From contig OX597833.1 of the NCBI GenBank assembly GCA_951406725.2, positions 30,132,001 to 30,196,000 on the forward strand: a stretch of 64,000 nt of DNA, in the 5' to 3' direction. Below are positions 52,710 through 64,000 of the stretch, in pieces. This DNA comes from Octopus vulgaris. Its lineage: Eukaryota. The stretch's first letter is position 1. Every line of letters starts with the position of its first letter. The notes beneath the pieces were generated by a model. The model saw nothing but the letters and a program-made list of their open reading frames with translations. It did no database searches and was not told where the DNA came from. A program made the translations under genes and the position numbers.

Positions 52710-53173
52710 GCTGTCTATACACACCATAAACACAAACATTGTAAATGTGATGAGCCACCTGAAAATGTTGGGCAGTTTTCAACAAAATCTTTTCAGTCAT
52801 TTATTAATTTTTTTTTTAATCAATTATCAGAAAATTTTTAAAGTTTTACAGGAAACCAATTAAAAAAAAACTTGCCATACATTTAATCAAACAATGTTGT
52901 TTAAATTTAAGCAGTGATTATATTCAACTGTTTCTAAAATATGAACTGGTCTTTACAGGGTTGCTCATCCTTATAAAATAGCTTCCATATTTCCCTTAAA
53001 AGCATCCTATTGTCTACAGATATTGAATATTTTACCCAATATCTGTAGACAACAGATAGGATGTTCACAGCCAAAATGTCTTTGATCATAGGTCTTCTCA
53101 ACCAGAGCACTGTACTGGGGCAGGAATACTTCCAATAACCCTGATACACAAATCACTTGTATTTTATTTCATT

Positions 53174-53276
<103 letters not shown>

Positions 53277-53330
53277 TATATGTATCTATCTCTCTTTCTT
53301 CCTCTACTCATCATCTTTTTCCCCTCTCAG

Positions 53331-53510
53331 AATCTGCCCTGAACCAAACACCATTTATATTTGGTTCCGAGAAACCAACCATCCTCAATGTTCCTGAAGG
53401 AGATGCTATTGTATTGGAATGTGCTGCTTATGCAAAGCCCTTACCAAAAATAACCTGGAGAAAATATGGGGGCCAATTATCACATGATAAAAGAGAAGCT
53501 AAGCTTTCAG
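53331..53510 (+). CDS. Internal exon C, N-terminal half of the next Ig domain
   Basis: cccctctcAG acceptor, CAG|GTAAT donor, 180 nt, phase 1-1. Encodes ESALNQTPFIFGSEKPTILNVPEGDAIVLECAAYAKPLPKITWRKYGGQLSHDKREAKLS (LEC...P-x-P-x-I-x-W). Confidence 0.92.
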
Positions 53511-53857
53511 GTAATAAAACAATAATAATAATAGTTTATTTTTTAATTTTATTTTACATCATATTTTTGTGAAAAACGTCATCAGTTGATCACTTATTGG
53601 TTCACTGTATTTATAATGGTACCAGCTTAAAAGCCGCCCTATCAGGTGGCTTTTAAGCTAGATCCTGTGGAGAGCAGAATAATGACACTTCATGCATATT
53701 AAATTTTATTAAACTTGACCAATATTTTTCAAGCAATGAACAATTTTGACTTGGAAAGCTTCATGATAAACAACAATTTTGACTTGCAAAGCTGCATGAT
53801 AAACAACATTATTTGTCTTCCCATTCAGGGGTCAGTACAATTTTTTTTTCTGTCTAA

Positions 53858-53913
<56 letters not shown>

Positions 53914-54294
53914 GATTGTTTTCGACCATCACCATCGCCTCACAACTGCCCTATACATACCTTTCAGACTTCTGACAACACCTTCCTCTCCACCTCCATC
54001 ACCACTGTCTTTCACATCCCTTACTGTCACCATCCTGCTTGACCGCTTCGGCCACCATCACCATTGCCTCTGCCTCTATCACAACTGCAGTTCATACTAT
54101 TACTATCAACCCATTACCATCTCAGCTGTCAATCTGCTACCATCTGCACAGTCTCTATGCCTACTATTACTCTCACCCCAGGAAGAGGAGTAGAAGAAGT
54201 GTCATTGGCTAGTGAGAGAGTTGTTTTGGCATTTATTATTATAGATGAGTGACAAGGGGGTGTTTGTAAAATTTTGACAGAACAAATGCCTTAA

Positions 54295-54501
54295 CCCACC
54301 TGAAACTGCCTTTGGCTCTGTAGTACAAATGTCTTGTTTTCATAAGTTCTGAATTAAAATCTTCCACCAAACCTTAGTCACAATTTATGTTTTTAACACT
54401 AGCTTAATGATAAACTAAATTATTTTACTAATTGTTTGTTATATTTAAAATTAATTGAAAGAAACATAGAGCATCTCAACAGAAATATGGTAACAAAAGG
54501 G
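54295..54501. mobile_element. TTAA-flanked piggyBac-type MITE (degenerate)
   Basis: ttaaCCC at 54291 and aacaaaaGGGttaa at about 54492-54505. Confidence 0.55.
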
Positions 54502-54599
54502 TTAATGGTATTTATTGTTCATAAGCACCATTTTAGCAGTTTTCTTGACAGTGTTTATGTTTCTCTAATACACATGGATGAATTATGTACTGTCCACAT

Positions 54600-54636
<37 letters not shown>

Positions 54637-55042
54637 GTCATTTATACAATGGTCTTCTATGCAATTTCAACTCACAAGCCATTTGTGAAGTCATGGCTGG
54701 GATAGAAGACATTTTTCCAAAGTCCCTTGTAGTGGAATCAAATCTAGAACTACCACAGCGCTACAATGTAAAATTCTTAGCCACTCATCCATGCCTGCAC
54801 CTGCTTATTCTTTATATTTTTGAAACCCATTTTTTTCTTTTTGCTTTGTTCTTTGTCACATTGAAGAAAGATGGAAAAAAAAAAACAAATTTGTATTCCC
54901 ATTTTATTTGTTGATCTTTTTAAACTTCTTTTTTCTTCTTTCTTCTATCACATTGAAGAAGAAAGATCCCACCCAATCTGCATCTCCAAGCAACAAATTT
55001 TCATTCTCATTTTCTAATTTCAAATGAAATTCTGTCGTGCAG

Positions 55043-55153
55043 GTAATTACATCATTAAGAATGTTAACCATCGTGATAAAGGGACCTATATCTGCCATGC
55101 TGATAATGGAATTGGCAATAAAGTGGAAAAAGTATTTCAAATAGAAGTATTTG
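55043..55153 (+). CDS. Internal exon D, C-terminal half of an Ig domain
   Basis: tgcAG acceptor, GTAAGT donor at 55154, 111 nt, phase 1-1. Encodes GNYIIKNVNHRDKGTYICHADNGIGNKVEKVFQIEVF (D-x-G-x-Y-x-C-x-A-x-N-G-x-G). Confidence 0.92.
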
Positions 55154-56367
55154 GTAAGTAAATCTATACAACTCCCTCCCATTTTCTCTTCTTGCTCTCA
55201 TTTTATTTTATTCTATTTTATTTAGTTATTTCCTTTTATTTATACATTTATTCATTTATTATTCTTGCCTTTTTAGGTGGTGGTGGGGTTGTTCACCATG
55301 CCACAAAAAATATTTTTGTGGCATGATTGATATTTAATTAAATTAACAAAAAATTTTGTTTTTTTAGGAATTTTTGTTTGCTTCCTCTTCTCCCTTTAGC
55401 CCATGCATGTGTGTGTGTTACACACACACAACACACACATGAAACTATTAAATTTTAAGCAACTATATTATTAATATAGATTTCATTAACTCTGCATTTC
55501 CGGTTAACTACAAAAACCCAGTGTTCACTGAAGCACAAAATAGGAAAGGTTATGGCTGACTCGAGAATGGAAGTTTTTTTTAAAAAAGAAACACATAAAA
55601 TAGATAAGCAAAAATTTTTATCCAAAGGGCACATGGTAGAAGGCATATATGACAGTGTCATATTTTGTATAAAATAATAAAATAATATAAAATAATATTT
55701 AAGAAAAAAGTATATAAATTATTTTTATTTTAAATATTTTAAATGAGTTTTATAAACTGTTATATGTTTACAGGTCTAACAGAAGCAGGCCTATCACACT
55801 GCCCTGTTTAACACCATCACCTGTTCCTTGCTTACCTTTAGTGAAGTTCACTCAATTGTAGGAATTCAGACAAAACAAAACGAATGGTTTAACTGAACTC
55901 ACTGCTTAAATGATGATGTTTGAATGACTGTCTGGATTTATTATTGCATATATTCACTACACAGTTACACAAATACATGTACACAAGTCAATAAGGGAGT
56001 ACATGGTTGATTGGTCTGCTAAAAACAACAAAGCCTCTTCCAAATCACATCGGAAGGATATTTTAGATAAGGTAGTCAAGTATAAACTGTGCCTATAAAC
56101 ATGCTGGAGAATCTTTCATAACTTGACACAGGCCATAATCACTGACCTTAGGCTAAACAGCAACACGCATACACATGTACATTGCATAAATATACTCTGA
56201 TTCTTTGTCTGTCCCCCCACTCTCTCTCTCTCACATTTGCATGTACAGCATAATATGCTCTGATTATAAGTGCATATGCAGTAAAGAAATATACCATCTA
56301 TCTCACTTATACACGCAAGCATCACATGTTTTTCTTTATATTATCTCTATTTGTTCTTTTTGTGTAG

Positions 56368-56517
56368 AACGTCCTAAAATTGACACAGGTTATGTTGACG
56401 TTGAAGAAAACAGTAAAGCAATCCTCAGCTGCATCATTAACAAAAAGTCCAACTTTTCTATCAAATGGTATCATAATGGTCAACAGATAGTTAAAAGTAA
56501 AAACATCAGAATCCGAG
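56368..56517 (+). CDS. Internal exon E, N-terminal half of a third Ig domain
   Basis: tttttgtgtAG acceptor, GAG|GTAAGT donor, 150 nt, phase 1-1. Encodes ERPKIDTGYVDVEENSKAILSCIINKKSNFSIKWYHNGQQIVKSKNIRIR (L-x-C...WYHNG). Confidence 0.92.
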
Positions 56518-57816
56518 GTAAGTTCTATTCCTAGCCCCTTCTATTCCTGGCCCCTTCTTATTTATTCACTTAACGTAAGCCTTGATTTGTGTTTGAGATG
56601 TGAACTAATTAATCTTAAACAAAAGTATTTAATATATGCCATGCATCTAGACTTCCACTCTGCACCCTATACAATAAACCACTACGTGTCAGAATGTATA
56701 GCATGGTCTGTAACCAGATGGAGGTATATCAGTTGTTCAGCCAACTATCTGTCATAAGCTGACTTGCAAAATCTGGCAAGTTTGCTCAATCAAGCCCGAC
56801 CTGGAGCATCACTACAACACTTAAACATACATACACTGCATCAATATACCCTGTCTCTTTTGCACACACATAACACATGGATCAATGCATCCTGATCACA
56901 CATACACCAATACACTAATACATTGCGGAAACACACTCTCTTATCGTTATATTGTTGACAATGAAGCTGGGTAATGTGAAATGCTGTTGTTAGGTTGACC
57001 TATAACTACACAACTCGACAATTTACTTTGCTCAACTTCATTATCACAACTACAGTCTATAGACTGCACAGTGGAGAGGGTACAGGACACTGTGATTCCT
57101 ACCTAGTCATTTCAACTGATTTTTCAATGTATCTTAAGTCTATTCAGTCAGAACTGGCATGATACTACACAAAAGCAATAGTTAATCCATTCATTCCTTG
57201 AGGTTTGTGTTTAATTCTGGTTTTTATTACAGCAAGATGAACGGGAAATAGAAAGAAAAAGACAGATTTTTTTTTCTTCCCAATATCACAAGTAACTTTT
57301 CAAGAAAAGCATGATAAATATGACTAATAAGCTATGTTGAAACAAGGTGATGTATAAATACAATCTAATTGTCTTGTCTTGCCAATGACATAGCAAAATA
57401 TCTTTTTTAGTAATTTTATTAATTTCACTCAATTGTGTGTGACCATACTGGGGTACCACTACATGTTGAGAGCCTCAATGCAGTTGCTTCACCTGTTGAA
57501 TTACCTTCAAATCACATCTGTCTTTAAAATAGGGAAGAATCACATCAGACATTGCAGGCCTAGATATATTAGAGCAGAAAAATTAGATAATCATAGCTGA
57601 AGCGTCTTTGTTCAAGACTGTCTTGGAGTTAAATCAGAGGTGAATTTATAATCTACTTGGTTAAAATTTCAGTATATACTATACTCACTGTGTATTTCTT
57701 CAAGCAAAAACAAAGCATTCTCTTAAATATCGTTACTCAAAACAACAGTGTCCATTAATTTAGTTCTGGTGAAAGGAGAGCACAGTTTCAACGTGTCATT
57801 TGTTTCTCTATTTCAG

Positions 57817-57975
57817 ATACATCTATTGTTATAAAGTCTGCTGACCTCTCATCATCTGGATTGTACCAGTGTATGGTGCACAACATTCTTGGCGCCCTGT
57901 ATGCTGTGATTCAATTGGAGGTAAAACCTATGGAGAACAAGAAAGACAAGAACAATACACAGATTCCAATAAAAG
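57817..57975 (+). CDS. Internal exon F, C-terminal half of the third Ig domain plus linker
   Basis: ctatttcAG acceptor, AAG|GTATGT donor, 159 nt, phase 1-1. Encodes DTSIVIKSADLSSSGLYQCMVHNILGALYAVIQLEVKPMENKKDKNNTQIPIK (G-x-YQC-x-x-x-N-x-x-G). Confidence 0.88.
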
Positions 57976-59093
57976 GTATGTGTGTGTGTATGTGTAATGG
58001 CAACATGAAGAAACACAAGCCCCAGAAATCTCAGTGGAGGTAACATGTCTATAAGAGCAGTTACTCTAATTAGTAACTGATTCAGTGGAGAAGGAATGTT
58101 CTGTTAGACAACCTCTATTGTGTGGGTGGTTAGATAAAATGAACTAAAGTTGTTTGTAACAGGAAATACATGCAGCTGTTAATAAAAATATGCCAAATGT
58201 TTAATGATCAAATCAATGCAAAAATCCTGTGTACACAGAGCTACCAGTTACTATTGTCACTGGATAGATTGCTGTGGCTCATGTTGAGCTGGTCAATGAA
58301 AATATATTTCATTGGCTGCATGAATAACTGAAGCAAGTTCATAAAAATTTAACTGAAATATTTAATACTGGACACAAAGATATATGGTGTTGGCTATTTA
58401 CAATGAACAATATTAATAATTGCTGACTGAGAGAGAGAGAGAGAGAAGAGCTGTTCTGAAATAATAGAAAGCTATCTGTGTGACAACATGCAGTCAGTCC
58501 AAAAATGCATGTGCGAATCTTAGAGGCAGTCTGGTGTCAGCAGTCCATTGGCCATCTGCCCTCTAAGCTATGTGCCAAATAGTTTTTATAGGAAACCAGA
58601 AGGTAAATTTTAAAACATTCAGGAAAACCATATCATGTCACAGCCTCATGCTGATTGATTGATTTATAGACCAATCACATGAAACAGTAGTAGTCCACTT
58701 GTGGTGTCTGACTGAGTATCTAGAGGTGATGTTTTGAATCACCACTATATGTAGTCTCCTCCCAGTTATTTATATGAAAGTGAAAAGAACAAAATAATAA
58801 AATAGAGAATTTACTTATGAATACATGCCAACACAAGTGCAAAAAAGAACAAGAAAAAGAAAAACATAACATGCATTGAATACAGGATAAACGCTAAAAG
58901 AAAGTCTATGTAACAATGATAAGTTCATAAGATATGTAAAGTTCTGCAGTTTTTTTTCTGAAGGGACAGGAGTGGGGCTGTAAAAAAAAAGAAGTCTCTG
59001 CATTAGAAGTAATTGAAGAGGAAATATCCATAATGCCATGTAAAGTTGCTATTTTTTTAAAACACAAATTACTTTGAATCACTTAAATGAAAA

Positions 59094-60560
59094 TACAGGG
59101 TGCACCGTAAAGAATTTCCAATTATATAATTTTATTTTATTAAATTTAGTTTGAAATTGCACAAAAATAATTAAAATACACTCTTCAATATTCAGTTGTT
59201 CATGTACACTCCATTGTTTCTTTACATTTGGTGAGTAAAATGTTTCAATATGGCAGTTAACAAGCAAAGTGAGATTGTAGCTCTAAAAAAAGGAGGACAT
59301 AGTCCCAAAGATGTAACTTCAAGGTGTTAATCTCAAAACAGTCTATAATGTCATGAAATGCTACAGTGAGATAGGTTCTCAATATCTTTCAGACAACCAT
59401 GCATCAGGTCGTGCATGAATACTTAAATTATAAGTCATTAAAATTGCAATGTCGACACTTGATTTCAGTCACTTCCAAAGCAAAATGATTGAACAGGTGT
59501 AAGAAAATGGCAGAGCATCGGTGACAATGATATTCACTGTGGAGACTATAGTGAACACCCAGAATGACAAGATTTTGGCCACAAGGTCAGATGTGGTTCC
59601 CAAAGGTGTCCATAAAGCGTTTCACCAAATGAAACCTGCCAGAGTGATGGTTTGGGCAGCAGTGTCATCTGATGGTAGAAAATCTCCTCTGGCATTCATT
59701 AACCCTTTAGTGTTCTGATTATTCTGTCAAATGTGATGTTTGTTTATTTAAAATGGTTTGAATTAATCATGCATTATCTTGTAGTTTAGAGATTTCAGTG
59801 ATGTGATTTTTTAGTTTTAGAACGTCATGGTAGGACTGAGGTGAGAGGTGAGATCTGGCCAGTTTCAATATAAAACAGGTTAAATATTTTGGCCAGATAT
59901 GGCCGGTTTGAATGCTAGAGGGTTAAAGAGGAGACAAAAGTCAATTTAGCAGTTTATATGAAAATGTTGGATGATAATGTTTTGCCATGGGTGACTGAAG
60001 CATTTGGAGATAATTACGTGTTCATGCAAGATGGCACTCCTCATACATCCAATGTGATACAGCTATAGTGCAGGAGCCATTTCAGTAGGTTCTGGGACAA
60101 GAATGTGTGACTCTGCTCCAGCCTAGACATCAATCCTATGGACTTCACTATTTGGTCCATTCTAGAAAGTGATGTTTCAAGAGTTTTCTACAAAAATATC
60201 ACTGCTCTGAAGAAAGCCTTAGTCATGTCATGGAATCAGTTAACATGTTACTAGTATTATAACATCACAGCTTAAAGAGGTAGGGGTTGTGGTAGTAAAA
60301 GCTGTGAGCTGTGGCATCTTCCCCCTTTCACTCACTGTTGTAGGTAGTGGTGACGAGTTGTGATGAGTTTGATCACTATTGCTGTGGCTTTTACTGGTGT
60401 TTCTTGAATTGAACATCACTATATGTTGTGAAGAAGTCGTCCAGCATTCCTGCGACGCTATTCTTGGTCATCTTCAGGCAGTTGTGGAAGTGAAAGGCAG
60501 ACATATTGAATGAAACATATCTTAACACCATACTTTGTATATATGACCATATTTAATTAA
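59094..60560 (+). mobile_element. Tc1/mariner-superfamily (maT/DD37D-like) transposon remnant with nested insertions
   Basis: 5' TAcagggtgcaccgtaaag; VMVWAAVSSDG.SPL.FI, FMQDG.PH, S.DINPMDF.IW.ILE, C-terminal KGRHIE*; many frameshifts. Confidence 0.8.
59703..59922. mobile_element. piggyBac-type MITE inserted in the transposase
   Basis: TTAA TSDs (59699-59702, 59923-59926), TIRs CCCTTTAG / CTAGAGGG; removing it restores TTC ATT AAA GAG (FIKE). A partial relative lies at about 52430-52635. Confidence 0.88.
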
Positions 60561-60599
60561 ATTTTAAAGAATTTATATGTTTTAATGCCGTTTTACAAC

Positions 60600-61195
60600 A
60601 TGACAGCGACAGTGATCATTGCATATGTACTACAATCAGGAATACCTGATGAACAAAAAGATTGTCTCTGTGAAACCCTCATGAGTATCACAATAGCAAC
60701 CTCATTATCATAATTAGTGACTTAATGGACCTGGTAAACAACCCCATGATGGCTATTCCAATGTATAGGGAAGCTATGGTTATACTACATGGATTGAAAA
60801 GGAATCAAGGTTCTTGGAGTTCTGCAATGCAAATTACCTAACCATATGCAAACTAGATAGACTTGATACTTGTCATGAAATGGAATGAGCACATGTTTCC
60901 CTTGTGAAGAATGATTTACTCAATATTGACTAGTGATTAGTAATTTGAACATAAGAGTTAAATGGACCCAGAGTTATAAAACAGTCTGGAGCAGGAAGGT
61001 ATGCAACCTTAAAGATCTCTCAGCCTGGTATTGGTTCAAAGAATTATTAGATGAAGTATATGTTGAGGAGACAAAGGAGGATATAGGGATGTATGACTAA
61101 GACAACTGGATCTTCCTACAAGACATCTTAATGCAGACCACAGACCAAATCTGTAGGTGGTAAAAAGTTAATGGTGGTTGAATGGTATATTTGAT
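60600..61195 (+). mobile_element. Old RTE endonuclease fragment
   Basis: Degenerate match to 61470-62170 (ggagttctgcaatgcaaat, gacaactgga...cagaccaaatctgtaggtgg). Confidence 0.65.
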
Positions 61196-61204
61196 AGAGC
61201 CATA

Positions 61205-63978
61205 AAAGGTAGGTCTGGAGAGATTGTAGAGCTGCTTGAACGGAGACGTGTGGATTTATGCTGCATCCAGGAAGTAAGGTGGAGAGGAGGTTCCGCTAGG
61301 CTCCTCACAGGCAAGGAACACAGGTACAAGATTTTCTGGGCAGGGGACACTGACGGGGTCGGGGGCATGGGTATACTTCTTGCGGAGAAATGGGTAGATA
61401 AGGTAATCGAGGTAGTCAGAGTAAGTGACAGAGTACTTAAAATTAGATTAGTGCTTCACCATAGGTCAGCTACCATCATCTCGGCATATGCCCCTCAACC
61501 AGGGCTACCGGAAGGACAGAAAGACCAATTATACGACACCCTATTGCGGACTACCTCGTTGACAAATGACAGTGCCCTTCTCTTTGTGGCAGGTGATTTC
61601 AATGCACATGTTGGACGGCATGTCGGGGGCTTCCATGGCGTTCATGGAGGCTACAGTTTTGACTCTCGTAATGAGGAGGGAACCAGGCTGCTGGAGTTCT
61701 GCGATGCAAATGACCTTATGGTCTGCAATACCAACTTCAGGAAACCTAACTCTCACCTAGTCACCTACCGTTCTGGCAGACACACTAGCCAGATTGACTA
61801 CATCCTTGCCAGAAAAAGGGAAAGAGGGCTGTTTATAAATGCCAAAACCTTTCCAGGCGAAGAATGTACTCCTCAACATAGATTAGTAGTTAGCGACTTC
61901 AGGATCAGAGCTAAATAGTTGCCCAGAAGAAGACCAGCTTGGAGGAGAAGGGTCTGGAAGCTTAAAGAGCCTGCAAATAGACAGAGATTTAGAGACATAC
62001 TACTCGAAGCCTTTGACGAAATAGAAGGGGATATAGCTTCACTTAATGTGGAAGACAACTGGAGATTTCTACGGGACAATCTGCTGACAGCCACTGACCA
62101 GATCTGTGGATGGAGCAAAGTACCATCTCGACCCAGAGTAACGTGGTGGTGGAACACTGTGGTTGACAGGGCTATTAGACAAAAGAGACAGGCTTGGAAG
62201 GACTGGAAGAACGGTGGTAGCAGGGAATTGTATCAGACTGCCAAAAGGGAAGCTAGGAGACAGGTTTATTTAGCCAGAGGGGAAGCAGATAAGAAAAAAT
62301 TTGCCAATGTTCTGAGCCGTGAGGATGAAAGACTTGAGGTATTTCGTGTTGCAAGACAGTGTGTGAGAGAGAATCGTGATGTGGTAGGAGAGAAATGTGT
62401 CCGCATGGATGATGGATCACTTGCGTTAAATGAGGATGCAAAGAGAGAGGTTTGGAGATGCCACTATGAAAGGTTGCTGAATAAAGAAAATGAATGGGAT
62501 AAAGGGAGTCTGCCGAATGTCAACCCAACAGAGGGACCAGCCATCCGAGTTGACAATTCTTTGGTAGTTAAAGCAATTAGAAGCATGAAGACAGGGAAAG
62601 CCCCAGGCCCATCAGGAATTACTGCAGAGATGCTCAAAATATCTGGCAGTGTCGGCTATAACCTAGTCACCTGTATAGTCAACCAGGTGATACACAAAGG
62701 AGTCATACCCAATGACTGGTGTAGCAGCATACTAGTCAAGTGCTACAAAGGTAAAGGTGACGCCCTAGATACAAATAATTACAGAGGTATCAAGCTGTTG
62801 GATCAGGTAATGAAGGTTACGGAGAGGGTCATAGCCCAACTAATTAGAGAGAGAGTTAGTTTAGATGAGATGCAGTTTGGGTTCGTGCCAGGGAAAAGTA
62901 CCACTGATGCTATATTCCTGGTAAGGCAGCTACAGGAGAAATACCTAGCCAAAGATAAGCCCTTGTACCTGGCTTTCGTTGACATGGAGAAAGCCTTTGA
63001 CAGGGTCCCCCGATCCCTTATCTGGTGGTCAATGAGGAAACTAGGGATAGATGAATGGCTGGTGAGGGCTGTGCAAGCCATGTACAGGGATGCCGTAAGT
63101 AAGGTTAGGGTTGGCAACATGTACACAGAAGAATTCAAAGTAGAGGTTGGGGTCCACCAGGGTTCAGTACTCAACCCCCTCCTATTTATCATAGTCCTCC
63201 AGGCAATTACGGAGGAATTCAAGACAGGTTGCCCCTGAGAGCTCCTCTATGCTGACGACCTTGCTCTAATTGCTGAGTCACTATCAGAACTGGAGGAGAA
63301 GTTCCAGGTGTGGAAGGAGGGTTTAGAATCGAGGGGCCTTAGAGTCAACCTAGCTAAAACCAAAGTACTAATAAGTAGGAAGGTAGACAATCCACAAATG
63401 TCTTCAGGTAGATGGCCCTGCTCGATCTGTAGAAAAGGTGTAGGTAGAAACTCTATAAGATGTACCCAGTGTAAGCTATGGACACATAAGAGGTGCAGCA
63501 ATGTAAAAGGAAGGCTAACTGGGAAGATAGTTTTTGTATGTGGCAGATGCTCAGGAGTATTAACCTCTGAAAATCTGCAGAAAACAACTTCCGTCACTTT
63601 CCAGGGGGAAAAACTAGAAGTAGTTGATAGCTTCCGTTATCTAGGTGACCAAGTCAGTAGTGGGGGTGGGTGCACTGAAAGTGTAACTGCTAGAATAAGA
63701 AAAGCCTGGGCAAAGTTTAGGGAACTCTTACCTCTGCTGGTGACTAAAGGCAGACTGTATGATGCATGTGTACGAACAGCCATGCTACATGGCAGTGAAA
63801 CATAGGCCGTGACTGCTGAGGACATGCATAAGCTCACGAGGAATGAAGCCAGTATGCTCCGATGGATGTGTAATGTCAGTGTACATACTCGACAGAGTGT
63901 TAGTACCTTGAGAGAAATGTTGTACCTAAGAAGCATCAGTTGTGGTGTGCAAGAAAGACGATTGCGCTGGTATGGTTG
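61205..63978 (+). mobile_element. Young RTE LINE, near full-length ORF (APE endonuclease + RT + Cys/His insert) with three in-frame stops
   Basis: ORFs 61178-61918, 61919-63238 and 63308-63805 share one frame: CIQEVRW, SAYAPQ, GDFNAH, IDYIL, KAPGPSG, NYRGIKLL, QFGF, DMEKAFDRV, GVHQGS, LYADDL, FRYLG. Confidence 0.96.
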
Positions 63979-64000
63979 CCAGCCTCGCCTGGCACCTGTG

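Overview
AT-rich, repeat-dense animal genomic DNA. The repeat content (tRNA-derived SINEs, RTE/CR1/Tx1/R4 LINEs, Penelope-like elements, mariner, long TA/CT microsatellites) looks like an octopus/coleoid cephalopod genome; this is inference. The only host gene I can support is on the + strand: six phase-1 coding exons (8398-8547, 52231-52380, 53331-53510, 55043-55153, 56368-56517, 57817-57975). They splice in frame into three consecutive Ig domains resembling Ig2-Ig4 of the Ihog/Boi/CDON/BOC Hedgehog co-receptor family. Start and stop codons are not in the window, and a 43.7-kb intron splits one Ig domain. Almost all ORFs in the supplied track are transposon fragments or microsatellite artefacts. 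The most notable signal is a set of small elements in (TA)n tracts carrying type I hammerhead ribozyme motifs with palindromic stem III and long stem II (Penelope pLTR / retrozyme-like). One is a ~457-bp 1.4-mer at 51307-51958 and one is a fold-back at 20249-20567. The intact cores are antisense to the host gene and the sense ones are mutated. Also notable: a cluster of long hairpins at 20-26.5 kb, a duplicated in-frame splice donor, and recurrent Trp-to-stop changes just before YADD in three RTE copies. Repeat boundaries are approximate and were read by eye.
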